Source: Candidatus Caldarchaeum sp.
GTDB taxonomy: Archaea; Thermoproteota; Nitrososphaeria_A; Caldarchaeales; Caldarchaeaceae
Assembly (NCBI GenBank): GCA_038885755.1
Contig: JAVZZH010000002.1
Span: 1 to 64,000 of the forward strand
Length of the DNA: 64,000 bases
Direction: 5' to 3'
Part shown: positions 10,203 through 18,984 of the stretch, piece after piece
How positions within the stretch are numbered: position 1 is the stretch's first letter
How the letters are laid out: each line of letters opens with the position of its first letter
Translations under genes and position numbers: made by a program
Notes under the pieces: model-generated
The model's database searches: none
What the model saw: the letters and a program-made list of their open reading frames with translations, nothing else
Told to the model about the DNA's origin: nothing

Positions 10203-11132
10203 ATGAACCCGTTGACTCTACTCGTCAAGCCTCACCAGTTCTTCAGCCTGCTGGAGTCGGTGTCGAGCATCAGGAAGGGGCTGACAATCTTCACGGCAGC
10301 CGCCATAACTCAGATACTTGCCGGGCTTGTGTTCCTAAGCTTCAAAACCGTTTACGAGGTCGGGCTGGAAGCCTACTCGCTCGTCGAGATCAGGCTTTTC
10401 AGATGGGACTACGTGGTGATGTCAAGCCTTACGACTGTCTTCGTCGCCGTAGTCGTCCTCGTGGGCGTGGGCAGGATTCTCGGACGATTGTTCGGCAGAC
10501 AGGCTCCATCCATGAAGACGTTCATAAACGCCGTATTCCACGTCTTCCTCATACTCGCAGTGGTCAACTCTGCATACGTAGTTCTCGCATCAGCTTCTCC
10601 TCCTGAAAAGTACTACATCTTCGGAGTCGAGCTCACCGATGTGGTGTTCTACAACGTCTCGCTAGGATACACAGACACGGCTGGAGAGAAGGTCTTGGTT
10701 GAGAACAGCATCCTGTACGCTAAGCAAGCCAACATATCGCGGGTCTACGCCGACACGAAGCCAGTGCGGACAGGAGCCTTCACCGCTGAAGAAGTTTCTA
10801 GGATAATGGCTGAGACCGAGCTCCGAGCTGTTTTGTACAAACCCTCCTCACCGCCTTACACGATGCCCGAGACCGTTGAAGCGAGTTCGCTCAACTTCGA
10901 CGACGTCGAAGCAAAGAACATCGTCCTCACCTCGGTCGCCGCCGTTAGAGACGAGCCTGGAACTTTCCTAGTCCAGCTTAGCCTCGCCCGCAACGTTGTC
11001 TGGCGCGTGCTTACGTCCGTTTACTTAGGAATAGCCGTCTACGTTCTCCACAAAACTTCGAGGAAGGTGATGTTTATCATCATGCTAGCTGCCTACCTGG
11101 CTTCTGCAAACCTTGTTCCTAGTCTCTTCTGA
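10203..11132 (+). CDS. Hypothetical membrane protein (Yip1-like TM pattern with an inserted soluble domain)
   Basis: About 5 hydrophobic segments around a ~120 aa polar region; begins LLVKPHQFF. Confidence 0.55.
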   Translation: MNPLTLLVKPHQFFSLLESVSSIRKGLTIFTAAAITQILAGLVFLSFKTVYEVGLEAYSLVEIRLFRWDYVVMSSLTTVFVAVVVLVGVGRILGRLFGRQAPSMKTFINAVFHVFLILAVVNSAYVVLASASPPEKYYIFGVELTDVVFYNVSLGYTDTAGEKVLVENSILYAKQANISRVYADTKPVRTGAFTAEEVSRIMAETELRAVLYKPSSPPYTMPETVEASSLNFDDVEAKNIVLTSVAAVRDEPGTFLVQLSLARNVVWRVLTSVYLGIAVYVLHKTSRKVMFIIMLAAYLASANLVPSLF

Positions 11133-11835
11133 CCTTTCCCTCAACCGTGATCTCGCCAGCCATGACGCGTGTCGTTGATATTGGCTTTCCGTCTTCAGCG
11201 ACAACCAGTGGGCAGACGAGGACGTCGAGCGGCTTCATCATCCTCTCGGCTCTCTTTGCGTTGATCTCCACGGCTCGGTCTGCGGTTGCGGGGCTTACGA
11301 CCAAAGCCTCTATGGTTGGGTCCTCCACGGAAGGTCCGTAAGGGTCCTCGATGGGTATGAGCTGAGTTCTGTCGAGCCATCCTTGGTCGTTGAGGAATCG
11401 TCGGAGGCTTCGGAGCCGTTCCTCCTGTGGAGGTATCGGGTGTTTCTTGAGGAGCTTGGAGGCGAAGCTGTCTGATGTGATGCCGATTATCACTCTCTCC
11501 GAGTTGCAGAAGGCTGTTAAGAGCAGAACCATGTGCCCGGCGTGTATGGTTGAGAAAGTGCCGCCCAGAGCCGCTAAGCTGTAGCGTGGTTTGCCCGCAC
11601 ACCCCTCCTTAAGCATCAGCAAAACCTCCTCCCCGGTCTTCCTCAGCTCCCAGAGAATAACCAAGGCCTCTCCCCGGGTTATGCCAAGCCTTCTGACAAG
11701 CTCTTCAGCCGAGACGTCGGGCTGGCTAAGGAGTATCTTGTCCCGCACGTAGGCCTTGTGCGCCGGGTACATCGGAAGGGCGTGAACGGTCTCGACCAGC
11801 GTAGCCCAGTCTATTTTCGGATGGGCGGCGGTCAT
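11119..11835 (-). CDS. coaD: Archaeal phosphopantetheine adenylyltransferase with an N-terminal HTH-like extension
   Basis: LGGTFSTIHAGH (HxGH), IGITSD, IEDPYGP, ALVVS and EDGKPISTTR. Confidence 0.85.
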   Translation of the reverse strand: MTAAHPKIDWATLVETVHALPMYPAHKAYVRDKILLSQPDVSAEELVRRLGITRGEALVILWELRKTGEEVLLMLKEGCAGKPRYSLAALGGTFSTIHAGHMVLLLTAFCNSERVIIGITSDSFASKLLKKHPIPPQEERLRSLRRFLNDQGWLDRTQLIPIEDPYGPSVEDPTIEALVVSPATADRAVEINAKRAERMMKPLDVLVCPLVVAEDGKPISTTRVMAGEITVEGKVRRD

Positions 11836-11905
11836 GGGCCTGATTCACTATCTCGGTATATTACATTATTGGAAAAACTTATTATTCCTTGATAGCGGGC
11901 GTTTT

Positions 11906-12166
11906 ATGGGCGGGATGACTGAAGACAGGCAAGCCCTCGAATCGCTGACCGAACAGCTCGAGTACTGTGAGAGGATGCTCTCCATGGAGGCCCGTCTCGA
12001 CCTAGTCGTCGTCATCTTAGAGGAGTTGATCGAGAAGCTGTCCACCCAAAACCCGGGAATAGACGAGCAGGTTAGGAAGACCATCCTCGAGAGGGCCAAG
12101 ATAAACTACCACAGGGCTAAAACTCTCCTCTACCTCGCTGAGGAAGCCAAGGGAACGAAGTACTAA
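11906..12166 (+). CDS. Small helical hypothetical protein
   Basis: Charged helical ORF with typical codon usage, upstream of tldD. Confidence 0.6.
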   Translation: MGGMTEDRQALESLTEQLEYCERMLSMEARLDLVVVILEELIEKLSTQNPGIDEQVRKTILERAKINYHRAKTLLYLAEEAKGTKY

Positions 12167-12200
12167 ATTTAATAAAATCGGCTCACGTCTTTACGGCAGA

Positions 12201-13637
12201 ATGGACGACCTTCTAGACTTGATTCTGAGGAAAGGAGGAGAGCTCGGCGCATCCTACGTCGAGGCCCGGTTCCAAGCAGACTACAGCTCGGAGATACTGC
12301 TCAAAAACGGGGTGCCCGAGGTCTCAGCTGACTCGGTCGAGAAAGGCATAGGTCTGCGTGTTCTGGTCGACGGAAGCCTCGGCTTCGCCTACGTGAACAG
12401 GCTTGAGAGGGCATTGGTTAGGAAAGCCGTTGTAGAAGCAATCTCAGCCGCAAGGGCTTCGGCACGCGGGTCGCAGAAAATCAGGATGTCGGACGAGAAG
12501 CTTGCATCCGCATCCGACTTCAAGAAGCCGCGGATAAAGTACGAGGACGTGGCCGTCGAGGACAAGATTGAATACTTGAAGGAAGCCGACAGCAACGCGG
12601 TCGCAACGGCTGAGAAACACGGCGTCAAGCTCGTCTCAAGAATAATAACCGTGGGCAGGTGGGACATGGAGAAGCACGTGGTAAACAGCGACGGAGGCGA
12701 TGTAAGATACAGAGCATGCAGAGCGGTCTGCAACTACATAATCACGGCCTACAGTCCGCAGAAAGGCTCGGTTCAGAGGTTTGAAAACCTCGGCGAAACA
12801 GCTGGCTGGGAGGCGGTGGAGAGATGGGACCTACCCGGCAGGGTCGGTGCAGAGGCGGGCGACATCAGCCAAGCATTAACAAAGTCTGTGGCTCCGCCGA
12901 AAGAACCATGCAACGTTGTCCTAGGGTCTGAGATAGTCGGCTTGGTCTGCCATGAGTCCTGCGGGCATCCGGGGGAGGCTGACAGGATGCTGGGCCGTGA
13001 GGCTGCGCAGGCTGGCGAGACCTATGTGAAGCCCGAGCTTCTCGGGACAAGGATAGGCAGCGACAGGGTGACGGTTGTAGACGACCCACGGCTTCCACGG
13101 TCGTTCGGCTACTACCTGTACGACGACGAATGTGTTCCGGCGGTTGAAAGGGTTTTGATCGACAGCGGAGTTTTGAATGAGTTGCTGCACAACAGGGAGA
13201 CAGCCGCCGACCTCAACACGCACAGCAACGGAGCCTCGAGGTCGAGCATGTACAACCGTGAGCCTATCGTCAGGATGGCCAACACCTACCTCAAGCCCGG
13301 AGACCACAGCCTCGAAGAGCTGTTTGAGCTCGCTGGGAACGGTGTTTACATCAAGTCCTACCAAGAATGGAACATAGACGACCGCAGGTGGAACCAGAGA
13401 TACGTCGGGGTTGTCGCCTACCTCATACGGAACGGCAGGCTGGCTGAGATGGTCAGGAACCCCGTCCTAGACCTAACCACGAAAGGCTTGTGGTCTTCCG
13501 TCGATGCTGTGGGTAAAGACCTAGGCTTCTACGCCGGATACTGCGGTAAGGGAGACCCCATGCAGGGTATTCCAGTCTGGTTCGGAGGGCCGTCTGTGCT
13601 GCTGCGCAGCGTGAGGCTGGGGACTAGGAATGAATGA
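12201..13637 (+). CDS. tldD: TldD/PmbA family metalloprotease (TldD)
   Basis: HESCGHPGEAD zinc motif, YDDE, RMANTYLKPG and GYCGKG. Confidence 0.93.
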   Translation: MDDLLDLILRKGGELGASYVEARFQADYSSEILLKNGVPEVSADSVEKGIGLRVLVDGSLGFAYVNRLERALVRKAVVEAISAARASARGSQKIRMSDEKLASASDFKKPRIKYEDVAVEDKIEYLKEADSNAVATAEKHGVKLVSRIITVGRWDMEKHVVNSDGGDVRYRACRAVCNYIITAYSPQKGSVQRFENLGETAGWEAVERWDLPGRVGAEAGDISQALTKSVAPPKEPCNVVLGSEIVGLVCHESCGHPGEADRMLGREAAQAGETYVKPELLGTRIGSDRVTVVDDPRLPRSFGYYLYDDECVPAVERVLIDSGVLNELLHNRETAADLNTHSNGASRSSMYNREPIVRMANTYLKPGDHSLEELFELAGNGVYIKSYQEWNIDDRRWNQRYVGVVAYLIRNGRLAEMVRNPVLDLTTKGLWSSVDAVGKDLGFYAGYCGKGDPMQGIPVWFGGPSVLLRSVRLGTRNE

Positions 13638-14013
13638 CGAGGGCAGGGAAGTCGAAGATTTGGAGCTGAGGAGAATCCAGCTGCGAAGATTGATGAGCTT
13701 AGCGGCGAGGATGTCGGAGAAGAAGGAGCAGCAGCCGCAGCAGAAGCAGACGCCGCTGGACGTGCTGAAGCCTCATCTCGGCCCGAGAGGCGACGAGGTG
13801 CTGCAGGCGGCTTTAGAGCAGTATCCGAACGAGGCCATGGCTGTTGTCGAAAGGCTAGCCGAGCTGGTTAAGTCGGGACACCTGCCTGAGAAGATAGACG
13901 GGGGAGACCTCTACAGCCTTTTCAGAAGCCTCGGCTTGAGGGTTAAAGTCGACACAAAAATTATGTATGTAAAAAGAGGGGAGGCGAAGGATTTGAAGGA
14001 GTTTTTCAAGTAG
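13630..14013 (+). CDS. PDCD5-like double-stranded DNA-binding protein
   Basis: ELRRIQLRRL...EVLQAALEQYP...LAELVKSG...LFRSLGLRVKVDTKI. Confidence 0.75.
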   Translation: MNDEGREVEDLELRRIQLRRLMSLAARMSEKKEQQPQQKQTPLDVLKPHLGPRGDEVLQAALEQYPNEAMAVVERLAELVKSGHLPEKIDGGDLYSLFRSLGLRVKVDTKIMYVKRGEAKDLKEFFK

Positions 14014-14604
14014 CTACCAGTCGGATTTGCTTGCGTAGGGTATGCTCCAGAGGACGACGGACAACACAACGGCTTTGAACCAAGCGTTGTACATCTTCTC
14101 GACTTCTTCAGCAGGGTGCCCTTTCTTGGCTAGGAAGGGCTTTATGGTAGCGGTTATCGGGACGATGAAGGCTATCAAGTACCTCAGCGGGATGTGGTCG
14201 ACCGAGTCCACCCCGTCGGTCTTGTTCTTCTTCTCCCGGTGATGACGCCTTCCTATCTCGTACTGGTAGTTTAGCCACTCCCTGTCGTACTCTCTGAAGC
14301 ACGTGTCGAGTATCCACTGGCCGAACCTCTTCCTAACGGCTTCAAGGTAAGCCCCTATCGGCTGTCCCGTCTTCCTGTCGCCGAAGTAGTAGACGAGATG
14401 CTTGTGCGAACCCACCCAGCCGTACCAAAGGTCTAGGACGTCGTTTACCTGGTCCTTGAGAACCTCGCCCGCCATCCTAAGGTATTTGATGTCTTCGTCG
14501 GTCATCAAAACTGTGGTCTTCAGCAGCTTGAACTCCTCGTCGGATACCGGTGCAGCTGGAAGCTCCTTCGACCCATACTTATAGCCGGGTATCTGTGATG
14601 CCAT
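14014..14604 (-). CDS. pgb: Protoglobin
   Basis: IPGYKYG N-terminus, LDLWYGWV, RFGQWILDT, YQYEIGRRHHREKKNKTDGV, HIPLRYLIAF and terminal DW, all typical of archaeal protoglobins. Confidence 0.93.
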   Translation of the reverse strand: MASQIPGYKYGSKELPAAPVSDEEFKLLKTTVLMTDEDIKYLRMAGEVLKDQVNDVLDLWYGWVGSHKHLVYYFGDRKTGQPIGAYLEAVRKRFGQWILDTCFREYDREWLNYQYEIGRRHHREKKNKTDGVDSVDHIPLRYLIAFIVPITATIKPFLAKKGHPAEEVEKMYNAWFKAVVLSVVLWSIPYASKSDW

Positions 14605-14639
14605 GGCTGTGTGGGTTCGTTCACCGTATTTGAGAATAT

Positions 14640-14676
14640 GCTGACAAAACGGTTAGCTGCTTACCGAAACGTTAGC
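14640..14676. promoter_or_regulatory. Tandem imperfect palindromes GCTnAC-N6-GTTAGC, a putative operator between pgb and the birA-like gene
   Basis: GCTGACAAAACGGTTAGC (14640-14657) and GCTTACCGAAACGTTAGC (14659-14676). Confidence 0.5.
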
Positions 14677-14726
14677 CGTGGCTGGGATGGAAAAAGATTA
14701 AGCCTAGTGATTTATGTGTTGATGGG

Positions 14727-15464
14727 TTGAAGGCTGAGCAGAGCAGGGTTGTTGAGGTGGCGGAGACGGCGTCAACCTTCGACGAGGCTAGGAGCCTTGG
14801 AACAGTTGACGAGGGAGCTGCGGTTTACACGAGAAGCCAGAGGACCGGGGTCGGCAGGCTCAAGCCCGTCAAAACCGGAGGGCTTTGGTTCACCTCGGTC
14901 GTCTACCCCCGGCTGAGCGCCACCACCTCGCCCTTGCTGATCTTGACGACGGCGCTGTCCGTGGTCGAGGGAATCGCCCGGACCACCGGCCTGCAGCCGC
15001 TCCTCAGATGGCCCTCCGAAATCACGCTGGGCGGGCTTAGAGTCGCAGCTGTCTCGGTTGAGATCGATGCTTTCAACGACTTGATCGTGAGAGCCTACGC
15101 TGGAGGAGGAGTTTACTGCAACGTCAAGCTTGAGGAGACAGAGTCAGGCGGGATGGCCGACAGCACGTCGTTATCGGCTGAGGTGGGCGGCGAGGTTGAC
15201 GAGAAACAGCTGCTGCAGAACATACTCGCCGAGTTCGCCAGAGAATACGACCTCTACAAGACGGGCTGGAGGGTTGAGCTCATCGAAAGGATAAGAGACG
15301 TGATGGAGTTCATAAAGACCACCGTCAGCGTAGCCCTATCCAACGGCACGCAGCTGATAGGCTACGTCGAAGACCTCGACGACCTCGGCCGCATATCCCT
15401 CAAGGTAGACCAGGAGAGAATATTTCTGGCTCCGGCTGAAGTCGAGAGCATCTCTCTCTTCTAG
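14727..15464 (+). CDS. Biotin/lipoate ligase-like (BirA/BPL fold) protein with degenerate active-site motifs
   Basis: QRTGVGR, GGLWFTS, RWPSEI and TSL, plus an SH3-like C-terminus GYVEDLDDLGRI. Confidence 0.75.
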   Translation: MKAEQSRVVEVAETASTFDEARSLGTVDEGAAVYTRSQRTGVGRLKPVKTGGLWFTSVVYPRLSATTSPLLILTTALSVVEGIARTTGLQPLLRWPSEITLGGLRVAAVSVEIDAFNDLIVRAYAGGGVYCNVKLEETESGGMADSTSLSAEVGGEVDEKQLLQNILAEFAREYDLYKTGWRVELIERIRDVMEFIKTTVSVALSNGTQLIGYVEDLDDLGRISLKVDQERIFLAPAEVESISLF

Positions 15465-15498
15465 AAACGTTTTTGAGTAGCCGTGGGAAGCCTGATGC

Positions 15499-16209
15499 AT
15501 GGAGCCGCAGCACCTCAAGACGAAAGACGTGGCTAAGCGTGTGGTTGCTGCAGGAGACCCCGCCCGAGTTGTTCAGCTTTCGAAGATGCTTGACAGCCCG
15601 AGGCTGGTCAACGAGAACAGGGGCTTCATAACCTACACCGGGTCTTTTCACGGCGTTCCCGTGACGGTTGCCTGCCACGGCGTGGGAGGGCCTTCGTCGG
15701 CCATCGTTTTCGAGGAGCTCATCATGCTGGGGGCGAGGCTGATAATCAGGCTCGGAACATGCGGAGCCTTCGTCAAGGGAATCAAGAACGGCGAGATAAT
15801 CATACCCACGGGAGCCGCTTACATAGGCGGGGCGTTGAAGCAGTACATTCCAGAACTCCACATAACTCCCGTGCCGAGCTACGAAGTGCTGACAACGCTG
15901 GTCAGCGAGGTGAAGAGCCACGGCCTAACCAGCCACGTGGGGCCCGTCTTCTCGAGCGACGCCTTCTACGCCGAAGACCCTGAATTCGCGGCCAAGTGGG
16001 CTAAAAGAGGCTACATAGCCGTAGAGATGGAGTGCGCAACCCTCTTCGGCCTCGGAATGATGAGAGGAGTTAAGACAGGGTCAGCCCTGCTCGTCAGCGA
16101 CAACCTAGCTGAGATGACTCCGATGGTTGACGCGGAATACTTGAAGCCTTTCGTAGAAAAGGCTGGCAGAGCCGTTCTGTCGGCTGCCGTGAAAGCCCCA
16201 CTCGACTGA
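15499..16209 (+). CDS. deoD: Purine nucleoside phosphorylase (DeoD/MTAP-I type)
   Basis: GDPARV, NENRG, HGVGGPS, IRLGTCG, SSDAFYAE and VEMEC. Confidence 0.92.
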   Translation: MEPQHLKTKDVAKRVVAAGDPARVVQLSKMLDSPRLVNENRGFITYTGSFHGVPVTVACHGVGGPSSAIVFEELIMLGARLIIRLGTCGAFVKGIKNGEIIIPTGAAYIGGALKQYIPELHITPVPSYEVLTTLVSEVKSHGLTSHVGPVFSSDAFYAEDPEFAAKWAKRGYIAVEMECATLFGLGMMRGVKTGSALLVSDNLAEMTPMVDAEYLKPFVEKAGRAVLSAAVKAPLD

Positions 16210-16257
16210 GGCCCTGCTTCAATTTATTGGGGGAAACCTCGCAACGGAAGATACACG

Positions 16258-16695
16258 TTGCTGGAGCTGTGTCGCTCGCTTCCGACCAAGATGCCGCCCG
16301 AGGCGGCTCACGACCTTGGTCTGCAGAACTCGGTCTGGAGAGCTTGAGCTCGGCTGCATGGTGGTCGGCACGGCGGCATTGAACGCGGGGAAAGGGTTGG
16401 TGGGGCCGGCTCGTCAAGGCGATGGCTTTCCAAAACATGTCCGAGAAAAAGAGTGTCAGGGGGCTTAAGCGGTGTGCTGCTGTAAAGACACGTGCTCGGG
16501 ATGGTTGAGAAGGCTGGAACGATGTTTGGGGAGGAGTTTGAAATCCGTGCTGTCGGCGGCATCTTCACAGGCTCCGACGTGCTCGAAACTCTAACCGGCG
16601 GCGCCAGCACGGTCGAGATCTATGCGGCGCTGGCTTACAGAGGCCTTAAAACCTCTACATTCGTTGAAAGCATTTCCACAGCTTTAGCTCAGTAG
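16258..16695 (+). pseudogene. pyrD: Internally deleted quinone-dependent dihydroorotate dehydrogenase remnant
   Basis: N-terminal LLELCRSL..PPEAAHDLGL, then GGLSG followed by an in-frame stop, then IRAVGGIFTGSDVLETLTGGASTVEIYAALAYRG; about 440 bp versus about 1 kb expected. Confidence 0.75.
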
Positions 16696-16757
16696 AACAA
16701 TGTTTTTGACTTCCTCTAACTCCATACATCTTTATACCGCTTAACATCTCGACGGGT

Positions 16758-17588
16758 GTGCGTGCACAGCTGGCCGTCTCCACGCTCATAGTGTTCGGCT
16801 TGGTCCTGATAGGTTTAGGGTTTGTTGGAGTCCCTTACGTCTCTACTTCAGAAGATTCCGTAGTTGTACAAACATCCTCTATGCGGACGATTAAGGCTGA
16901 AGACGCCACTTGGTCGGCTTTAACTGAGACAAACACCGTTGAGCTTGTCTCGACTACAAGGCTTACAACCACCATCACCGAAACCTACAACACAACAACC
17001 ACGTCGCTTAGAACCATAGCCCAAGTAGACAATATAATCATAACCGCCGGCTCAGCCCTCGTCCTAGGGCCGTTCGAAGTCAACCCACCCGCAACCATAG
17101 CTGTGTCATGGTCTTCAGACAAACGGCTGGAGGTTTACACCGCTTCCGCGAGGACGCTGGGCAACCGGAGCGGGTGGATACTTTTAGGAGACGGCGCCAA
17201 CGGCCTAAACAGCTTCAGCCTGACTGAGCCCGGGCCGACCTACTTCGTCCTGAGCACGCCGGCTGAGCCGGCTGTTTTGAATTTTTTGAGGGTTTTGGCC
17301 AACGAAACCACGACGGCTCACCGAGAGGAAGTGAAGGCCGTCGTCTATGAAACCACGGTGAGGACGGTTCTGCCAAGCTATACGACGAGGACTGTGAGCT
17401 ACACGACTATAATCACCACGACCGTCGTGGAGTATTTCACGCTCGCCGTGGCAACAACCCTCACAGAGACAAGGTACGCCGACCTCAGCTTCATGACCGT
17501 CATGGGCTCATTCCTAGTCTTCGCAGGCTTGCTGGTGATGATGCTCCTGCTGCGAACCGTCGGCAGGCCTTTAGACAAAAACGTATAA
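16758..17588 (+). CDS. Thr-rich surface/membrane protein with N- and C-terminal TM segments
   Basis: Hydrophobic N- and C-termini with Thr-rich stalks flanking a beta-rich domain. Confidence 0.7.
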   Translation: MRAQLAVSTLIVFGLVLIGLGFVGVPYVSTSEDSVVVQTSSMRTIKAEDATWSALTETNTVELVSTTRLTTTITETYNTTTTSLRTIAQVDNIIITAGSALVLGPFEVNPPATIAVSWSSDKRLEVYTASARTLGNRSGWILLGDGANGLNSFSLTEPGPTYFVLSTPAEPAVLNFLRVLANETTTAHREEVKAVVYETTVRTVLPSYTTRTVSYTTIITTTVVEYFTLAVATTLTETRYADLSFMTVMGSFLVFAGLLVMMLLLRTVGRPLDKNV

Positions 17589-17613
17589 GAACTAATATAA
17601 TGGTTTCGTCGAG

Positions 17614-18984
17614 TTGGGGTACTTGTCGGACAGGGTTGTGGACCAGATAGTTCGATTCGTCTCCTCCAAGACGTTTCTGAGGGAGGACGTGGCTGTAGAG
17701 GTCAAGAGGAGAGTGTTAGACAGCTTGGGATGTTTCTTCGGAGCGTTCCACGAAAGTGTTTCGAAGGCTGCACGTCAGGCGGCTTCAAGGCACGAGGCGA
17801 AAACATCGGGCGCGACCCTCTGGCTCACGGGCATGAGGACGACGCCGGAATGGGCTTGCTTCGTCAACGCCGTCGGCGTCAGGGCGTTGGACTTCAACGA
17901 CACCTACCTCTCGAAGGAGCCGCTCCACCCCAGCGACATGATTCCGGCTTTGGTGGCTGTCGGAGAGGTCTGCGGGGCAAGCGGGAGGGAGCTGGTTGAA
18001 GCTGTCGCTGTTGCCTACGAGGTTGGATGCCGGCTCTGCGACGCCGTCAGCCTGCGGAGGAGGGGATGGGACCATGTTAACTTCACGATGGTGGGTGCTG
18101 TCGCAGGTGTTGGGAAGCTTATGAAACTCGAAGACGAGAGGCTGGCGAACGCTCTGTCGCTTGCCGTCGTCCCTCACGCAGCCATGAGACAGACCAGAGC
18201 GGGGGAGCTGTCGATGTGGAAGGGAGCGGCTGCGGCCAACGCCTGCAGGAACGCCGTGTTTGCATGCATGCTTGCTGAGAACGGCATGACAGGCCCCTCC
18301 CAGCCGTTCGAAGGCGAGATGGGTTTCTTCAGACAAGTCTCGGGCGAGCCCTTCACGCTCGAAACACTAGATCCGGGCAAGCCTCCTGAAATGGTGCTCA
18401 AAACCTACATCAAACACCATCCAGTAGAGTACCACGCCATGACAGCCGTCGACGCGGCTCTCAAGATAAGACACGAGGCCAATCCAGCCGACATAGCTGA
18501 AGTCAGGGTGGACACCTTCGAAGCCTCCTACACCATCCTAGCCAAAGACCCTGAGAAGTGGAGACCTGCGACGAGGGAGACAGCGGACCACAGCCTTCCC
18601 TACATAGTCGCAGCCACGCTGCTCGACGGAGGCGTCTGGCTCGACAGCTTCACCGACGAGAGAATAAGCCGGGAAGACATAAGGCAGTTCATCAACAGGG
18701 TAAAGGTCTACGAAGACCCCGTGCTTACAAACAAGTATCCGGAGGAGCTGCCGAACAGAGTCTCTGTTGTTTTGAGGGACGGGAGACGGCTGGAGGCCTC
18801 GGAGGCGATTCCACGAGGCCACCACAAGAACCCTATGACGGATGAGGAGATTAAGACGAAGTTCAACAGGCTGTCTGCAGGATTGTTGGACGAGGAGCGG
18901 CGGAAGAGGGTGTTCGAGGTGGTTGAACGTCTCGACAGGCTGGGTAGTGTCTCAGAGCTTGTGGAGGCGCTGGTCGTAGGATGA
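17614..18984 (+). CDS. prpD: 2-methylcitrate dehydratase (MmgE/PrpD family)
   Basis: RALDFNDTYLSKEPLHPSD, GWDH, LSMWKG and RETADHSLPY. Confidence 0.93.
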   Translation: MGYLSDRVVDQIVRFVSSKTFLREDVAVEVKRRVLDSLGCFFGAFHESVSKAARQAASRHEAKTSGATLWLTGMRTTPEWACFVNAVGVRALDFNDTYLSKEPLHPSDMIPALVAVGEVCGASGRELVEAVAVAYEVGCRLCDAVSLRRRGWDHVNFTMVGAVAGVGKLMKLEDERLANALSLAVVPHAAMRQTRAGELSMWKGAAAANACRNAVFACMLAENGMTGPSQPFEGEMGFFRQVSGEPFTLETLDPGKPPEMVLKTYIKHHPVEYHAMTAVDAALKIRHEANPADIAEVRVDTFEASYTILAKDPEKWRPATRETADHSLPYIVAATLLDGGVWLDSFTDERISREDIRQFINRVKVYEDPVLTNKYPEELPNRVSVVLRDGRRLEASEAIPRGHHKNPMTDEEIKTKFNRLSAGLLDEERRKRVFEVVERLDRLGSVSELVEALVVG

